Below, in pieces: positions 55,679 to 64,000 of a stretch of DNA of 64,000 bases (position 1 is its first letter; each line of letters starts with the position of its first letter). The stretch is from an uncultured Gemmatimonadales bacterium (lineage in GTDB: Bacteria; Gemmatimonadota; Gemmatimonadetes; Longimicrobiales; RSA9): contig CAWFKH010000005.1 in assembly GCA_963816355.1 (NCBI GenBank), positions 1-64,000 on the forward strand, read 5' to 3'. The notes under the pieces are model-generated. The model was not told where the DNA came from, made no database searches, and saw only the letters and a program-made list of their open reading frames with translations. The translations under genes and the position numbers were made by a program.

Positions 55679-57553
55679 TCAGCGGGCGTCCGCGTCGGCG
55701 GCGGGCGCCTCGATCCAGCCGTCGAGGACGCGCAGCGCGAAGTCGACCTTGCCGAACGGCGCGCTCACCTGCAGTCCCTGCACGTGCGGGCGCACGCGCT
55801 CGACCATCTCGCGCGCGATCGCGAGGCCCTCCTCGAGCGCGTGCTCCCTGCCCCCCGCAGATGCGTGCCGCATGCGGCGGATCAGCTCCTGCGGCACCTC
55901 GATGCCGGGCACCTCGTTGGCGAGGAACTCCGCGTTGCGCGCGGAAACGAGCGGCCAGATCCCGGCGACGACCGGGATGCGGACGCCGCGCTTCTCCGTC
56001 TCCTCGATGAAGGCGACGAGCTGCTCCGGCGAGAAGACCGGCTGCGTGATGCAGTACTCGGCGCCCGCGTCGACCTTCCAGTAGAAGCGCTCCATCTCAT
56101 GCTCGGCGTCGACGGCGCCGGGATTCGCGCCGACGCCGATCGTGAACGACGTCGGCTCGCCGATCGCGTTGCCGCCCGGATCGAGCCCGCGGTTGAGCCG
56201 GCTCACCAGGTTCGTGAGGCCGATCGAGTCGATGTCGAAGACCGCCGTCGCCTCCGGGTACGGTCCCATCTTGGGGGGGTCGCCCGTGACGAGCAGCAGG
56301 TTGCGCAGGCCGAGCGCGTGCGCGCCGAGCAGGTCCGAGAGCATGCCGAGCAGATTGCGGTCGCGGCACGCGTAATGAACCACCGCCTCGATGCCGGCGC
56401 GCTGCTGCACGAGCACCGCCGTCGCGAGCGCGCCCATCCGCATCTGCGCCCGCGGCCCGTCCGGCACGTTCACGCCGTCGACGCCCGCCTCGTGCAGGAG
56501 CCGCACTCCCTCCAGCATGCGGGAGGGGTCGACGCCGCGCGGCGGCACGATCTCGACCGTCGTGACCAGCTCGCCGCGCGCGATCTTGCGTCCCCACCGC
56601 GAGCGCTCGGCGAGCGGCGTCGGCTCCGCGCTCGCCGGCTTCGGCTCGTGTGCCTTCGTGCGCGGAGAGGCGTGCGCCGGCGCCAGCATGCGCACGACGT
56701 CCGCCATGCGCCGGACGTGCTCCGGCGTCGTCCCGCAGCAGCCGCCGACGAAGCGAGCGCCGCACTGGATCATGCGGCGGGCGTATTTGGCCATGTACTC
56801 CGGCGACGCCATGTACATCTTTCGACCGTGGACCTCGCGCGGGTAGCCGGCGTTCGGCTGCGCGGAGACCGGCCGCGTCGAAGCGGGCGCCATCCTCTCG
56901 ACCGCGGCGAGGATGAGGTGAGGGCCGACGGAGCAGTTGACGCCGACGACGTCCGCGCCCCACTCCGCCATGCGCGCGGCCGCGCTCTCGGGCGCGGTGC
57001 CGTACGGCGTGGTGCCGTCGTCGCGCAGCGTGACCTGGGCGACGGCCGCCAGGTCGCACTCGGCACGCACGGCGAGCAGCGCCTGGTGCAGCTCGTCGAG
57101 GTCCGCGAACGTCTCGAGCACGAAGAAGTCGACGCCGCCCTCGAGCAGGCCGCGCACCTGCCGGCGGAACAGGTCGCGCGCCTCCTCGCCGGAGGTGGGT
57201 CCGAACGGCTCGATGCGGAGCCCGAGCGGACCGATCGAGCCGCCGACCAGCGCCCGCTCGCCCGCCGCCCGGCGCGCCAGCTCCGCCGCGCGCGCGTTGA
57301 TCTCCTCGACCCGCGCGTCGAGGCCGAACTCGGCCAGCTTGGCCGGGTTGGCGCCGAACGTGTTCGTCTCGATCAGCTCGGCGCCCGCCGCGACGTAGGC
57401 GCGGTGCACGTCGACGACGAGCTCCGGCTCGCGCAGGCACAGCTCGTCGTAGCAGCGGTTGATGAAGACGCCGCGCGCGTAGAGCATGGTGCCCATGCCG
57501 CCGTCGAAGAGGTGCGGCCGGCCGTCCTCGAGCAGTTCGCGGAAATCGCGCAT
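55679..57553 (-). CDS. yitJ: Bifunctional homocysteine S-methyltransferase / methylenetetrahydrofolate reductase (YitJ/SamT-like)
   Basis: DGGMGTML, GVNCSVGP, GGCCGTTP, then MTHFR domain CRDRNLLG, VTGDPP, ITQPVF. Confidence 0.9.
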   Translation of the reverse strand: MRDFRELLEDGRPHLFDGGMGTMLYARGVFINRCYDELCLREPELVVDVHRAYVAAGAELIETNTFGANPAKLAEFGLDARVEEINARAAELARRAAGERALVGGSIGPLGLRIEPFGPTSGEEARDLFRRQVRGLLEGGVDFFVLETFADLDELHQALLAVRAECDLAAVAQVTLRDDGTTPYGTAPESAAARMAEWGADVVGVNCSVGPHLILAAVERMAPASTRPVSAQPNAGYPREVHGRKMYMASPEYMAKYARRMIQCGARFVGGCCGTTPEHVRRMADVVRMLAPAHASPRTKAHEPKPASAEPTPLAERSRWGRKIARGELVTTVEIVPPRGVDPSRMLEGVRLLHEAGVDGVNVPDGPRAQMRMGALATAVLVQQRAGIEAVVHYACRDRNLLGMLSDLLGAHALGLRNLLLVTGDPPKMGPYPEATAVFDIDSIGLTNLVSRLNRGLDPGGNAIGEPTSFTIGVGANPGAVDAEHEMERFYWKVDAGAEYCITQPVFSPEQLVAFIEETEKRGVRIPVVAGIWPLVSARNAEFLANEVPGIEVPQELIRRMRHASAGGREHALEEGLAIAREMVERVRPHVQGLQVSAPFGKVDFALRVLDGWIEAPAADADAR

Positions 57554-57570
57554 CGGCGTCGGCCTCCCGC

Positions 57571-60500
57571 TCACGTGCTGAAGTAGCGCGCGTCGGGGTG
57601 GTGCACGACGAGCGCGGCAGTGGAAAGCTCCGGCACGAGCGCGCCGGCGTCGGTCACGTCCATGCCGAGCCGCTCGCGCGCCGGCAGCAGACGGAAGAGC
57701 TGGAGGTGCTGGCGGTGGTCCGGACACGCGGGATAGCCCCACGAATAGCGCAGGCCGCGGCCGGCGGGGATGCCGAGCTCGCGCCGGACACGGCGGTGCA
57801 CCAGCTCCGCCGCGGCTTCCGCGAGGCGCACGCCGAAGCCGTGCAGGTAATAGCCTTCGCCGTAGTCGCCTTCCTTCATCATGCGCTGCGAGCGCTCGAG
57901 CAGCGCGTCGCCCAGCGTCACGATCTGCAGCGCGACGACGTCGCGACGACCGTCGCCGGCCGCCGCGAAGTAGTCGGCCAGGCAGAGCCCGTCGCGGTCC
58001 GCCTGCCGCGGGAACGCGAAGCGCTCCGCCTCCCGCGCCGGGTCGGCCGGGTCGTAGAGGACGAGCGCGTCGCCGTCGGCGGCGGCGGGAAAGAAGCCGT
58101 ACAGCGCGCGCGGCCGCAGCCAGCCGCCGGTGAGCGCGCGGGCGCGGTAGCGCTCGAGCCGTGGCTCGAACTCGTCGGCGACGAGGCGCTCCCACCGCTC
58201 GCCCTCGGCGTTCTTCGCCCCCCAGTGCAGCCGGTAGAGCGTGTTGCGGTCGATCAGCGGGAAGAGCTCCTCGAGCGGCAGCCGATCGAGCAGCTTCCAG
58301 CCCAGGAACGGCGGCTCCGGCACCGCGACGTCGCCGGATGGACGGGGGCGCCGCGCGCGCGGTGCGGTCGCGCGCGCCTTCTCCTTCAGCTCCGCGCGGC
58401 GCGCGACGCCGCGCCGCACCTCCGCGTGGCGCGCCTCGACGAATGCGGCCCGCCGCTCCGGATCGCTGAGCGCCTCGACCGCGTGGAGGCCGTCGAACGC
58501 GTCCTTGCAGTACCACACGCCGGGCGCGTAGAGGTCGCCGTCCCCGCCCGCCGAGCGCGCCTCGTGGGCCGAGCCGGCGCCGGCGCCCGCGACGAAGGCC
58601 GCGCTGCGCACGAAGGAGGGGTTGATCGCGGCGCCGCCGCACAGCACGGGGAAGGCGAGGCCGCGGGAGTGGAGCTCCTGCACGCAGAGCGGCATCTGGC
58701 GCGACGTGGAGACGAGCAGAGCGGAGAGGCCGATCGCGTCCGCGCCGACCTCGACGGCCTTGTCGAGGATGTCGTTGACCGGCACCTGCTTGCCGAGGTC
58801 GTAGACGGTGTAGCCGTTGTTCTCGAGGATCGTGTGGACCAGGTTCTTGCCGATGTCGTGGACGTCTCCGAAGACGGTGGCGAGCACGACCTTCCCCTTG
58901 CTGCGCCCCTCGACCTTATCGAGGTAGGTCTCGAGGCGCGCGACGGCGCGCTTCATCGCCTCCGCGCTCTGCAGCACGAACGGCAGGATCAGCTCGCCGG
59001 CGCCGAAGCGGTCGCCCACTTCCTTCATCGCCGGCAGCAGCACGTGGTTGAGCGTCCACACGCCGGCCTCGTGGCTGCCGCCCCGCTCCGCGACGACGGT
59101 GTCGACGAGCGCCTCGACCCCCTCCTTCTTGCGGTGCAGGATCTTCCACTGGATCGCCGCTTCCGGCGTCATCTCCGCCGTCGGATCGAGCGCTTCCTTC
59201 TCCTCGATGTCGGCGGACTCGAAGTGCGCGATGAAGCGGGCGAGCGCGTCGTCGCGGCGGTCGAAGATCAGGTCGTCGGCGAGCGCGCGCCGCTCGGCGT
59301 CGATCTCCGCGTACGGCGTGATGTGCGCGGGGTTGACGATGGCTAGGTCGAGCCCCGCTTCGACGCAGTGGTGCAGGAAGACGGAGTTCAGCGCCGCGCG
59401 CGCGTGGCGCCCCAGGCCGAAGGAGACGTTGGACACGCCGAGCGACGTGAGCGCGCCGGGCAGCTCCGCCTTGATGCGGCGGATCCCGTCGATCGTCTCG
59501 AGGGCGGAGCGGCGATACTCGTCGTCGCCGGTCGCGAGCGTGAAGGTGAGGTCGTCGAAGATCAGCGCGCCGGCGTCGAGGCCGTACTCGCCGGTGCAGA
59601 CGTCGAAGATGCGGCGTGCGACGGCGAGCTTGCGATCCGCCGTGCGCGCCATCCCCTCCTCGTCGATCGTGAGCGCGACGAGCGCCGCGCCGTGCTCGAC
59701 GGCGAGCGGCGCGACCGCGTCGATGCGGGCGCGGCCGTTCTCGAGGTTGATCGAGTTGATCACAGCGCGGCCCGGGTACTGGCGCAGCGCGGCCTCGATC
59801 ACGTCGGCCTCCGTGCTGTCGATGACGAGCGGCGCCTCGACGCCCTGCGCGAGCAGCTTCACGAGGCTGCGCATCTGGGCCGCCTCGTCCTGCCGCTCGG
59901 TCAGCGCGACGCACACGTCGAGCAGGTGCGCGCCGCCCTCGACCTGGCCGCGCGCCACGTCGAGGATCCCCTCGTAGTCGTCCTCGAGCAGCAGCCGCTT
60001 CACCGCCCGCGAGCCCTGCGCGTTGACGCGCTCGCCGATCAGCGTCGGCGCCGGGATCTGGGCGAGGTCGAAGGCGCTCATCGCGCTGGCGACGCGGGGC
60101 GCGGCGGCGACCCGGCGCGGCGCGGGCGCGCGGCCCCACACGCGCTCGACCACCTGCCGCAGGTGCTCCGGCGTGGTGCCGCAGCAGCCGCCCACGACCG
60201 ACACGCCGAAGCGGGTGACGAACTCCTCGTGCGCAGCGGCGAGCGCCTCCGGCGTCAGCGGATAGACGGCGCGGCCGCCCTCGTTGTGCGGGATGCCGGC
60301 GTTCGGGATGACGCTGATCGGCAGCGTCGCGTGCTCCGCCAGATAACGCACCGGCTGGCGCATGTGCTCCGGTCCGGTCGAACAGTTGAGACCGACGACG
60401 TCGACGCGCAGCGCCTCGAGCACGACGAGCGCCGCGGCCACGTCCGTCCCCAGCAGCATGCGGCCGGACGTGTCGAGCGTGACCTGCGCCTGGATCGGCC

Positions 60501-61074
60501 GCCACGCGCCGGACTCCGCGAAGAAGCGCCGGATCCCCGCGATCTGCGCCTTCACCTCGAGCATGTCCTGGCTCGTCTCGATCAACAGCACGTCCGCGCC
60601 GCCCTCCACGAGGCCGCGCGCCTGCTCCGCGAAGACGTCGAGCAGCTCCTCGTACGTGATCGCGCCCAGCGTCGCATCGGACGTGCTCGGCAGCAGGCCG
60701 CTCGGACCGATGCTCCCCGCCACGAAGCGCGGCCGCTCCGACGTCGCGAAGCGGTCCGCCACCCGCCGCGCCAGCGCCGCCGCTTCCCGGTTCAGCTCCA
60801 CCACGCGCTCGCCCAGGCCGTACTCCGCGAGCGTCAGGCGGTTCGCCCGGAACGTGTCCGTCTCCACCACGTCGCAGCCCACCTCGAGGAACGAGGCGTG
60901 GATCTCCTCCACCACGTCCGGCCGCGACACCACCAGATGATCGTTGCACCCCTCAAGCGCCGCCCCGCCGAAGTCCCCCGCCGCGAGGCCGCACGCCTGG
61001 ATGCTCGTCCCCATCGCGCCGTCGTAGACGAGCACGCGCGCGGCGAGCGTCTCCAGATACCGACTCGGCTCCAT
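57571..61074 (-). CDS. metH: Cobalamin-dependent methionine synthase
   Basis: DGAMGT, GLNCSTGP, GGCCGTTP, IGERVN, GDVHDIGKNLV (B12-binding), RYSWGYPACP. Confidence 0.95.
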   Translation of the reverse strand: MEPSRYLETLAARVLVYDGAMGTSIQACGLAAGDFGGAALEGCNDHLVVSRPDVVEEIHASFLEVGCDVVETDTFRANRLTLAEYGLGERVVELNREAAALARRVADRFATSERPRFVAGSIGPSGLLPSTSDATLGAITYEELLDVFAEQARGLVEGGADVLLIETSQDMLEVKAQIAGIRRFFAESGAWRPIQAQVTLDTSGRMLLGTDVAAALVVLEALRVDVVGLNCSTGPEHMRQPVRYLAEHATLPISVIPNAGIPHNEGGRAVYPLTPEALAAAHEEFVTRFGVSVVGGCCGTTPEHLRQVVERVWGRAPAPRRVAAAPRVASAMSAFDLAQIPAPTLIGERVNAQGSRAVKRLLLEDDYEGILDVARGQVEGGAHLLDVCVALTERQDEAAQMRSLVKLLAQGVEAPLVIDSTEADVIEAALRQYPGRAVINSINLENGRARIDAVAPLAVEHGAALVALTIDEEGMARTADRKLAVARRIFDVCTGEYGLDAGALIFDDLTFTLATGDDEYRRSALETIDGIRRIKAELPGALTSLGVSNVSFGLGRHARAALNSVFLHHCVEAGLDLAIVNPAHITPYAEIDAERRALADDLIFDRRDDALARFIAHFESADIEEKEALDPTAEMTPEAAIQWKILHRKKEGVEALVDTVVAERGGSHEAGVWTLNHVLLPAMKEVGDRFGAGELILPFVLQSAEAMKRAVARLETYLDKVEGRSKGKVVLATVFGDVHDIGKNLVHTILENNGYTVYDLGKQVPVNDILDKAVEVGADAIGLSALLVSTSRQMPLCVQELHSRGLAFPVLCGGAAINPSFVRSAAFVAGAGAGSAHEARSAGGDGDLYAPGVWYCKDAFDGLHAVEALSDPERRAAFVEARHAEVRRGVARRAELKEKARATAPRARRPRPSGDVAVPEPPFLGWKLLDRLPLEELFPLIDRNTLYRLHWGAKNAEGERWERLVADEFEPRLERYRARALTGGWLRPRALYGFFPAAADGDALVLYDPADPAREAERFAFPRQADRDGLCLADYFAAAGDGRRDVVALQIVTLGDALLERSQRMMKEGDYGEGYYLHGFGVRLAEAAAELVHRRVRRELGIPAGRGLRYSWGYPACPDHRQHLQLFRLLPARERLGMDVTDAGALVPELSTAALVVHHPDARYFST

Positions 61075-61168
61075 GCGAACTTGCCTCTCCCTCTTGACGC
61101 ATCGCTCGCCGCTTCCCCGTCACCACCGCCGCGCGCCCCCGCCGCGCGCGCCCGCCGCGGGCCGCACG

Positions 61169-61198
61169 AAAAAACCCCGCGACCGCTCGGGTCCGGGG
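61169..61198 (-). terminator. Intrinsic terminator in the metH leader
   Basis: Minus strand CCCCGGACCCGAGCGGTCGCGGGG followed by TTTTTT. Confidence 0.8.
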
Positions 61199-61230
61199 TG
61201 TCGGAAGCTCGTGGGAAACCGCGTTTCCGG

Positions 61231-61309
61231 CACTTTAGGCGTTTGTTCGACGCGCGACGTGCTCCTTCGCGCAGTCCGGCGGTCGCAAGCGGCCACAAAT
61301 CACTCCGCC
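61231..61309 (-). ncRNA. SAM-II (long-loop)-like riboswitch
   Basis: Minus strand GGCGGAG-UGAUUUG-UGGCCG-CUUGC-GACCGCC...ACAAAC-GCCUAAAG resembles the SAM-II core (UGAUUU, UUGC, CUAAA); lies upstream of metH. Confidence 0.7.
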
Positions 61310-61384
61310 GTCCATCGATTGTACCGACAATTGTAGACGCGCTCCCGCCCGCCGGCAAGGTGGCGCGGCGCGGTCGCGCGCAGG

Positions 61385-61461
61385 CCCTGAAGCCGAACGC
61401 GCCCGCAGGCGCTGAAGCCGAACGTGTCCGCAAGCCCTGAAGCCGAACGCGCCCGCAGGCG
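61385..61461. repeat. Three 25-bp direct repeats (CTGAAGCCGAACG...) between metH and recX
   Basis: CTGAAGCCGAACG at 61387, 61412 and 61437; partial copy at 61589. Confidence 0.85.
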
Positions 61462-61604
61462 ACGGCCATGCGGGCGTCGGCCGGCGTTGCCGCGCCCGCC
61501 CCTCCGGTCGATACTGTGACCCCGCCGGGGCGGCAGCGGCCAGCGGCACCCCGCCGCCCGGACGCCGGCACGCGGCGCGGCACTTCCCCTGAAGCCGAGG
61601 TCCG

Positions 61605-62240
61605 ATGCGCATCACCGCGATCGAGCCGCAGAAGCGCGCCGCCGAGCGCGTGAGCGTACACGTCGACGGCGAGTTCCGCCTCGGCGTGGCCCGCCAGGTG
61701 CTGCTCGAGGCGGCGCTCGGCGTGGGCGACGACGTGACCGAGGCCCGCCTCGCCGAGCTGCAGCAGCGCGACACCGCGTGGAAGGCGCGCCAATCCGCCC
61801 TCGACCTGCTCTCGCACCGCGCCCGCGCCGCTGCCGAGCTGCGTGACCGTCTGGTGCGGAAAGGGTTCGCGCCCGCGCTCGCGGACGGCGTCGTCGCGGA
61901 AATGGCCGAGCGTGGCTACGTGGACGACGACGCCTTCGCCCGGAGCTTCGTCCGCGACCGCGTCCGCATGCGGCCGCGCGGCCGGCTGCGGCTGATCGCC
62001 GAACTTCGCGCCAAGGGTGTCAGCACCGCGCGTGCGCAGAACGCGATCGACGCGGTCTTCGACGAAGATGCGGTGTCGGAGGAGACCCTGGCGGAACGGG
62101 CCGCGCGCGAGTGGAGCACCCGCAACCCACCCGGCCGCGCGCCGCGTCCCACCCGACGCCGCCGCCTCCACGCCTACCTCGCCCGGCGCGGCTTCGCCTC
62201 CGACGCCGCACGGCAAGCCGTCGATCGGACGATCGCCTGA
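61605..62240 (+). CDS. recX: Regulatory protein RecX
   Basis: MRITAIEPQK...VSVHVDGEF, ALDLLSHRAR...ELRDRL, GYVDDDAFA, RG..RL..EL..KGV, YLARRGF. Confidence 0.9.
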   Translation: MRITAIEPQKRAAERVSVHVDGEFRLGVARQVLLEAALGVGDDVTEARLAELQQRDTAWKARQSALDLLSHRARAAAELRDRLVRKGFAPALADGVVAEMAERGYVDDDAFARSFVRDRVRMRPRGRLRLIAELRAKGVSTARAQNAIDAVFDEDAVSEETLAERAAREWSTRNPPGRAPRPTRRRRLHAYLARRGFASDAARQAVDRTIA

Positions 62241-62261
62241 CGCCTCGCCGCCAGGCACGCG

Positions 62262-63548
62262 TCAAAGCAGCTCCGCGCCGGTCTCCGTAACGAGAACGGT
62301 GTTCTCGAACCGGACGCCGGCGCCGCGGAGCGCGTCAGGGACGTTCAGGTCGGCGGTGGCGGCGCCGAAGTAGAGGCCGGGCTCGATGGTGAGGACCATT
62401 CCAGGCTCGAGCGTGCGCGACGCAGCGGCGACCTTGTAGTCGCCGGCGTCGTGCACTTCGAGGCCGATCCAGTGCGACGTCCGGTGCGGGAAGAACGGCT
62501 TGTAGCGGGGCGGATCGGCGGCGATTTCGGCCGGGTCGCCGTCGAGCACGCTGAGCCGCACGAGGCCAGCGGCGAGCTCGCGCACGACGGCGTCGTGGAG
62601 ATCCGCCTCGCGCGCGCCCGGCCGGAGGACGGCGAAGGCGGCGTCGTGGGCGGCTTCGACGACGTCGTGCAGCGCCTGCTGCTGCGGCGTGAAGCGGCCG
62701 GAGACGGGGAGCGTGCGGGTGCGGTCGCCGCAGTAGTGGTCGACGCGAGCGCCGGCGTCGACGAGGAGCAGCTCGCCGGCGCGCATGCGGCGGTCGTTGG
62801 CGACGTAGTGGAGGACGGTCGCGTTGGGGCCGGAGGCGAGGATGCTGGAGAACGCGGGCCCCTGGGCGCCGAGGCGGCGGAATTCCGCCTCGAGCGCCGC
62901 CTGCACCTGCCACTCGCCGGCGCCGTCGGCGATCGCGTCCGCCGCCGCGTCGAAGCCCGCCGCCGTGATCGCGGCCGCCTCGCGCAGCCGCGTGAGCTCG
63001 TAGTCGTCCTTGACGACGCGCATCGGGTCGAGGATCACGCCGGGGTCGACGACGGCGCGCGCGCCGGCGCCGCGCCGGGGCCGGCCCCGCAGCGCCGCCG
63101 CGAGCGTGTCGCGCACGGTGGCGTCGACGTCGTTGCGCGGCAGCGGCAGGCGGGCGTAGAGGGTGTCGACGTCGCCGATCAGGTCCGGCAGTCGCTTGCG
63201 CAGCTCGTCGATCGGGTAGGCGGCGTCGGCGCCGAACGTCTCCTGCGCGGCGTCTGGCCCCCCACGGGGTCCGGTCCACAGCTCCGCGTCCGGGTTTCGC
63301 GGGCGGACGAAGAGGACGAAGCGCCGGGGCGCGCCGGCCGGCAGCAGCAGCGCGACCGCCTCCGGCTCCGTGTAGGCGGTGAGGTAGTAGAGCTCGGGGT
63401 CGACCACGTACGGCAGCTCGATCTCGCGGCCGACGCGCAGCTCGGGCGTCGCGGCGAGGAGGAGCGCGGCGTCGTCGCCCAGCGCGGAAAGCGCGCGCTC
63501 GCGGCGGCGGCGGGTGGCCTCGAGCAGCTCCGGGGATGGCGTGCTCAC
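62262..63548 (-). CDS. pepP: Xaa-Pro aminopeptidase (M24B)
   Basis: LYYLTAYTEP, WTGPRGG, ASGPNATVLHY, DAG...DRTRT, HWIGLEVHD, TIEPG; GTGA overlap start. Confidence 0.9.
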   Translation of the reverse strand: MSTPSPELLEATRRRRERALSALGDDAALLLAATPELRVGREIELPYVVDPELYYLTAYTEPEAVALLLPAGAPRRFVLFVRPRNPDAELWTGPRGGPDAAQETFGADAAYPIDELRKRLPDLIGDVDTLYARLPLPRNDVDATVRDTLAAALRGRPRRGAGARAVVDPGVILDPMRVVKDDYELTRLREAAAITAAGFDAAADAIADGAGEWQVQAALEAEFRRLGAQGPAFSSILASGPNATVLHYVANDRRMRAGELLLVDAGARVDHYCGDRTRTLPVSGRFTPQQQALHDVVEAAHDAAFAVLRPGAREADLHDAVVRELAAGLVRLSVLDGDPAEIAADPPRYKPFFPHRTSHWIGLEVHDAGDYKVAAASRTLEPGMVLTIEPGLYFGAATADLNVPDALRGAGVRFENTVLVTETGAELL

Positions 63549-64000
63549 TGCGGCTCCGGCGTGGTGGCGGGCGCGACGTGTACGCGCCAGCCGAGGTTCA
63601 CGTCCACCACGAGCACGATCCGGTAGTCGCCCGCGCCCTGCTGCGTGGTGAGTCCCTTGAAGGCGAAGAGTAACGCCGTGAGCGCGGTGTCGCCCGCGGG
63701 GAGGAAGCGCGCCGGCACGTCGAGCGTGTCCGGCACCGGGCCATCGGCGCCGATGCGGAAGCGCCGCTCGCTGCCCACGATGTCGAGCTGCCAGCCCTCG
63801 AACGTCGGCTCCGGCACGTCCGCCACCGCCGGCGCACGCAGGCGCAGCGGCAGGTCGCCGCCCTCCGCGATGCGGACGCTGTCCGGCCCGTCCCGCCACG
63901 GCAGGCCCCACGCGGCCGCCGGGTCCGGCGCCGACAGATCGGCCACGACCGGGGCGTGCAGCACGATCCGCGCGCCCGGCGCGTCGACCGTGGCGTGCCA
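63545..64000 (-). CDS. Hypothetical protein, 3' part only (runs off the window)
   Basis: Open frame with beta-rich composition; its stop overlaps the pepP start. Confidence 0.55.
   Translation of the reverse strand, partial: WHATVDAPGARIVLHAPVVADLSAPDPAAAWGLPWRDGPDSVRIAEGGDLPLRLRAPAVADVPEPTFEGWQLDIVGSERRFRIGADGPVPDTLDVPARFLPAGDTALTALLFAFKGLTTQQGAGDYRIVLVVDVNLGWRVHVAPATTPEPQ

Noticed and set aside
1..64000. tRNA, rRNA, integrase or transposase genes
   Set aside because: None recognised by eye in this window.

Overview
Very GC-rich bacterial chromosome window. Gene content (SprA, PilB/PilT/PilC, DUF5916, GxxExxY) suggests Gemmatimonadota, which is an inference. Bases 1 to ~7706 form a visibly less GC-rich accessory island. 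It carries a minus-strand operon of two MORC-type GHKL ATPases followed by a Druantia DruA (DUF4338)-like gene split by a 1-nt frameshift, with no other Druantia gene in view. This is the best candidate for an undescribed defence system. The island ends 16 nt after the pilC stop codon in a TG...CA-type end with three ACGAATCA repeats spaced exactly 23 bp apart, resembling a Tn7/Mu-like transposon end. The remainder is host backbone: pilB-pilT-pilC/comEA, TetR-DUF1761, an M28 peptidase, sprA, lptFG, two GH3 glucosidases, a Ser/Ser DapF, a LacI-regulated putative beta-1,2-glucan utilisation locus (TBDT, GH144, ABC, uncharacterised GH, GH1), a RES-Xre toxin-antitoxin pair, an ECF sigma factor, metH-yitJ under a SAM-II-like riboswitch, recX and pepP. 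Intergenic regions are rich in tandem and dispersed repeats, including a 180-bp palindromic element present twice in inverted orientation. All assignments come from motif recognition by eye; no searches were run.
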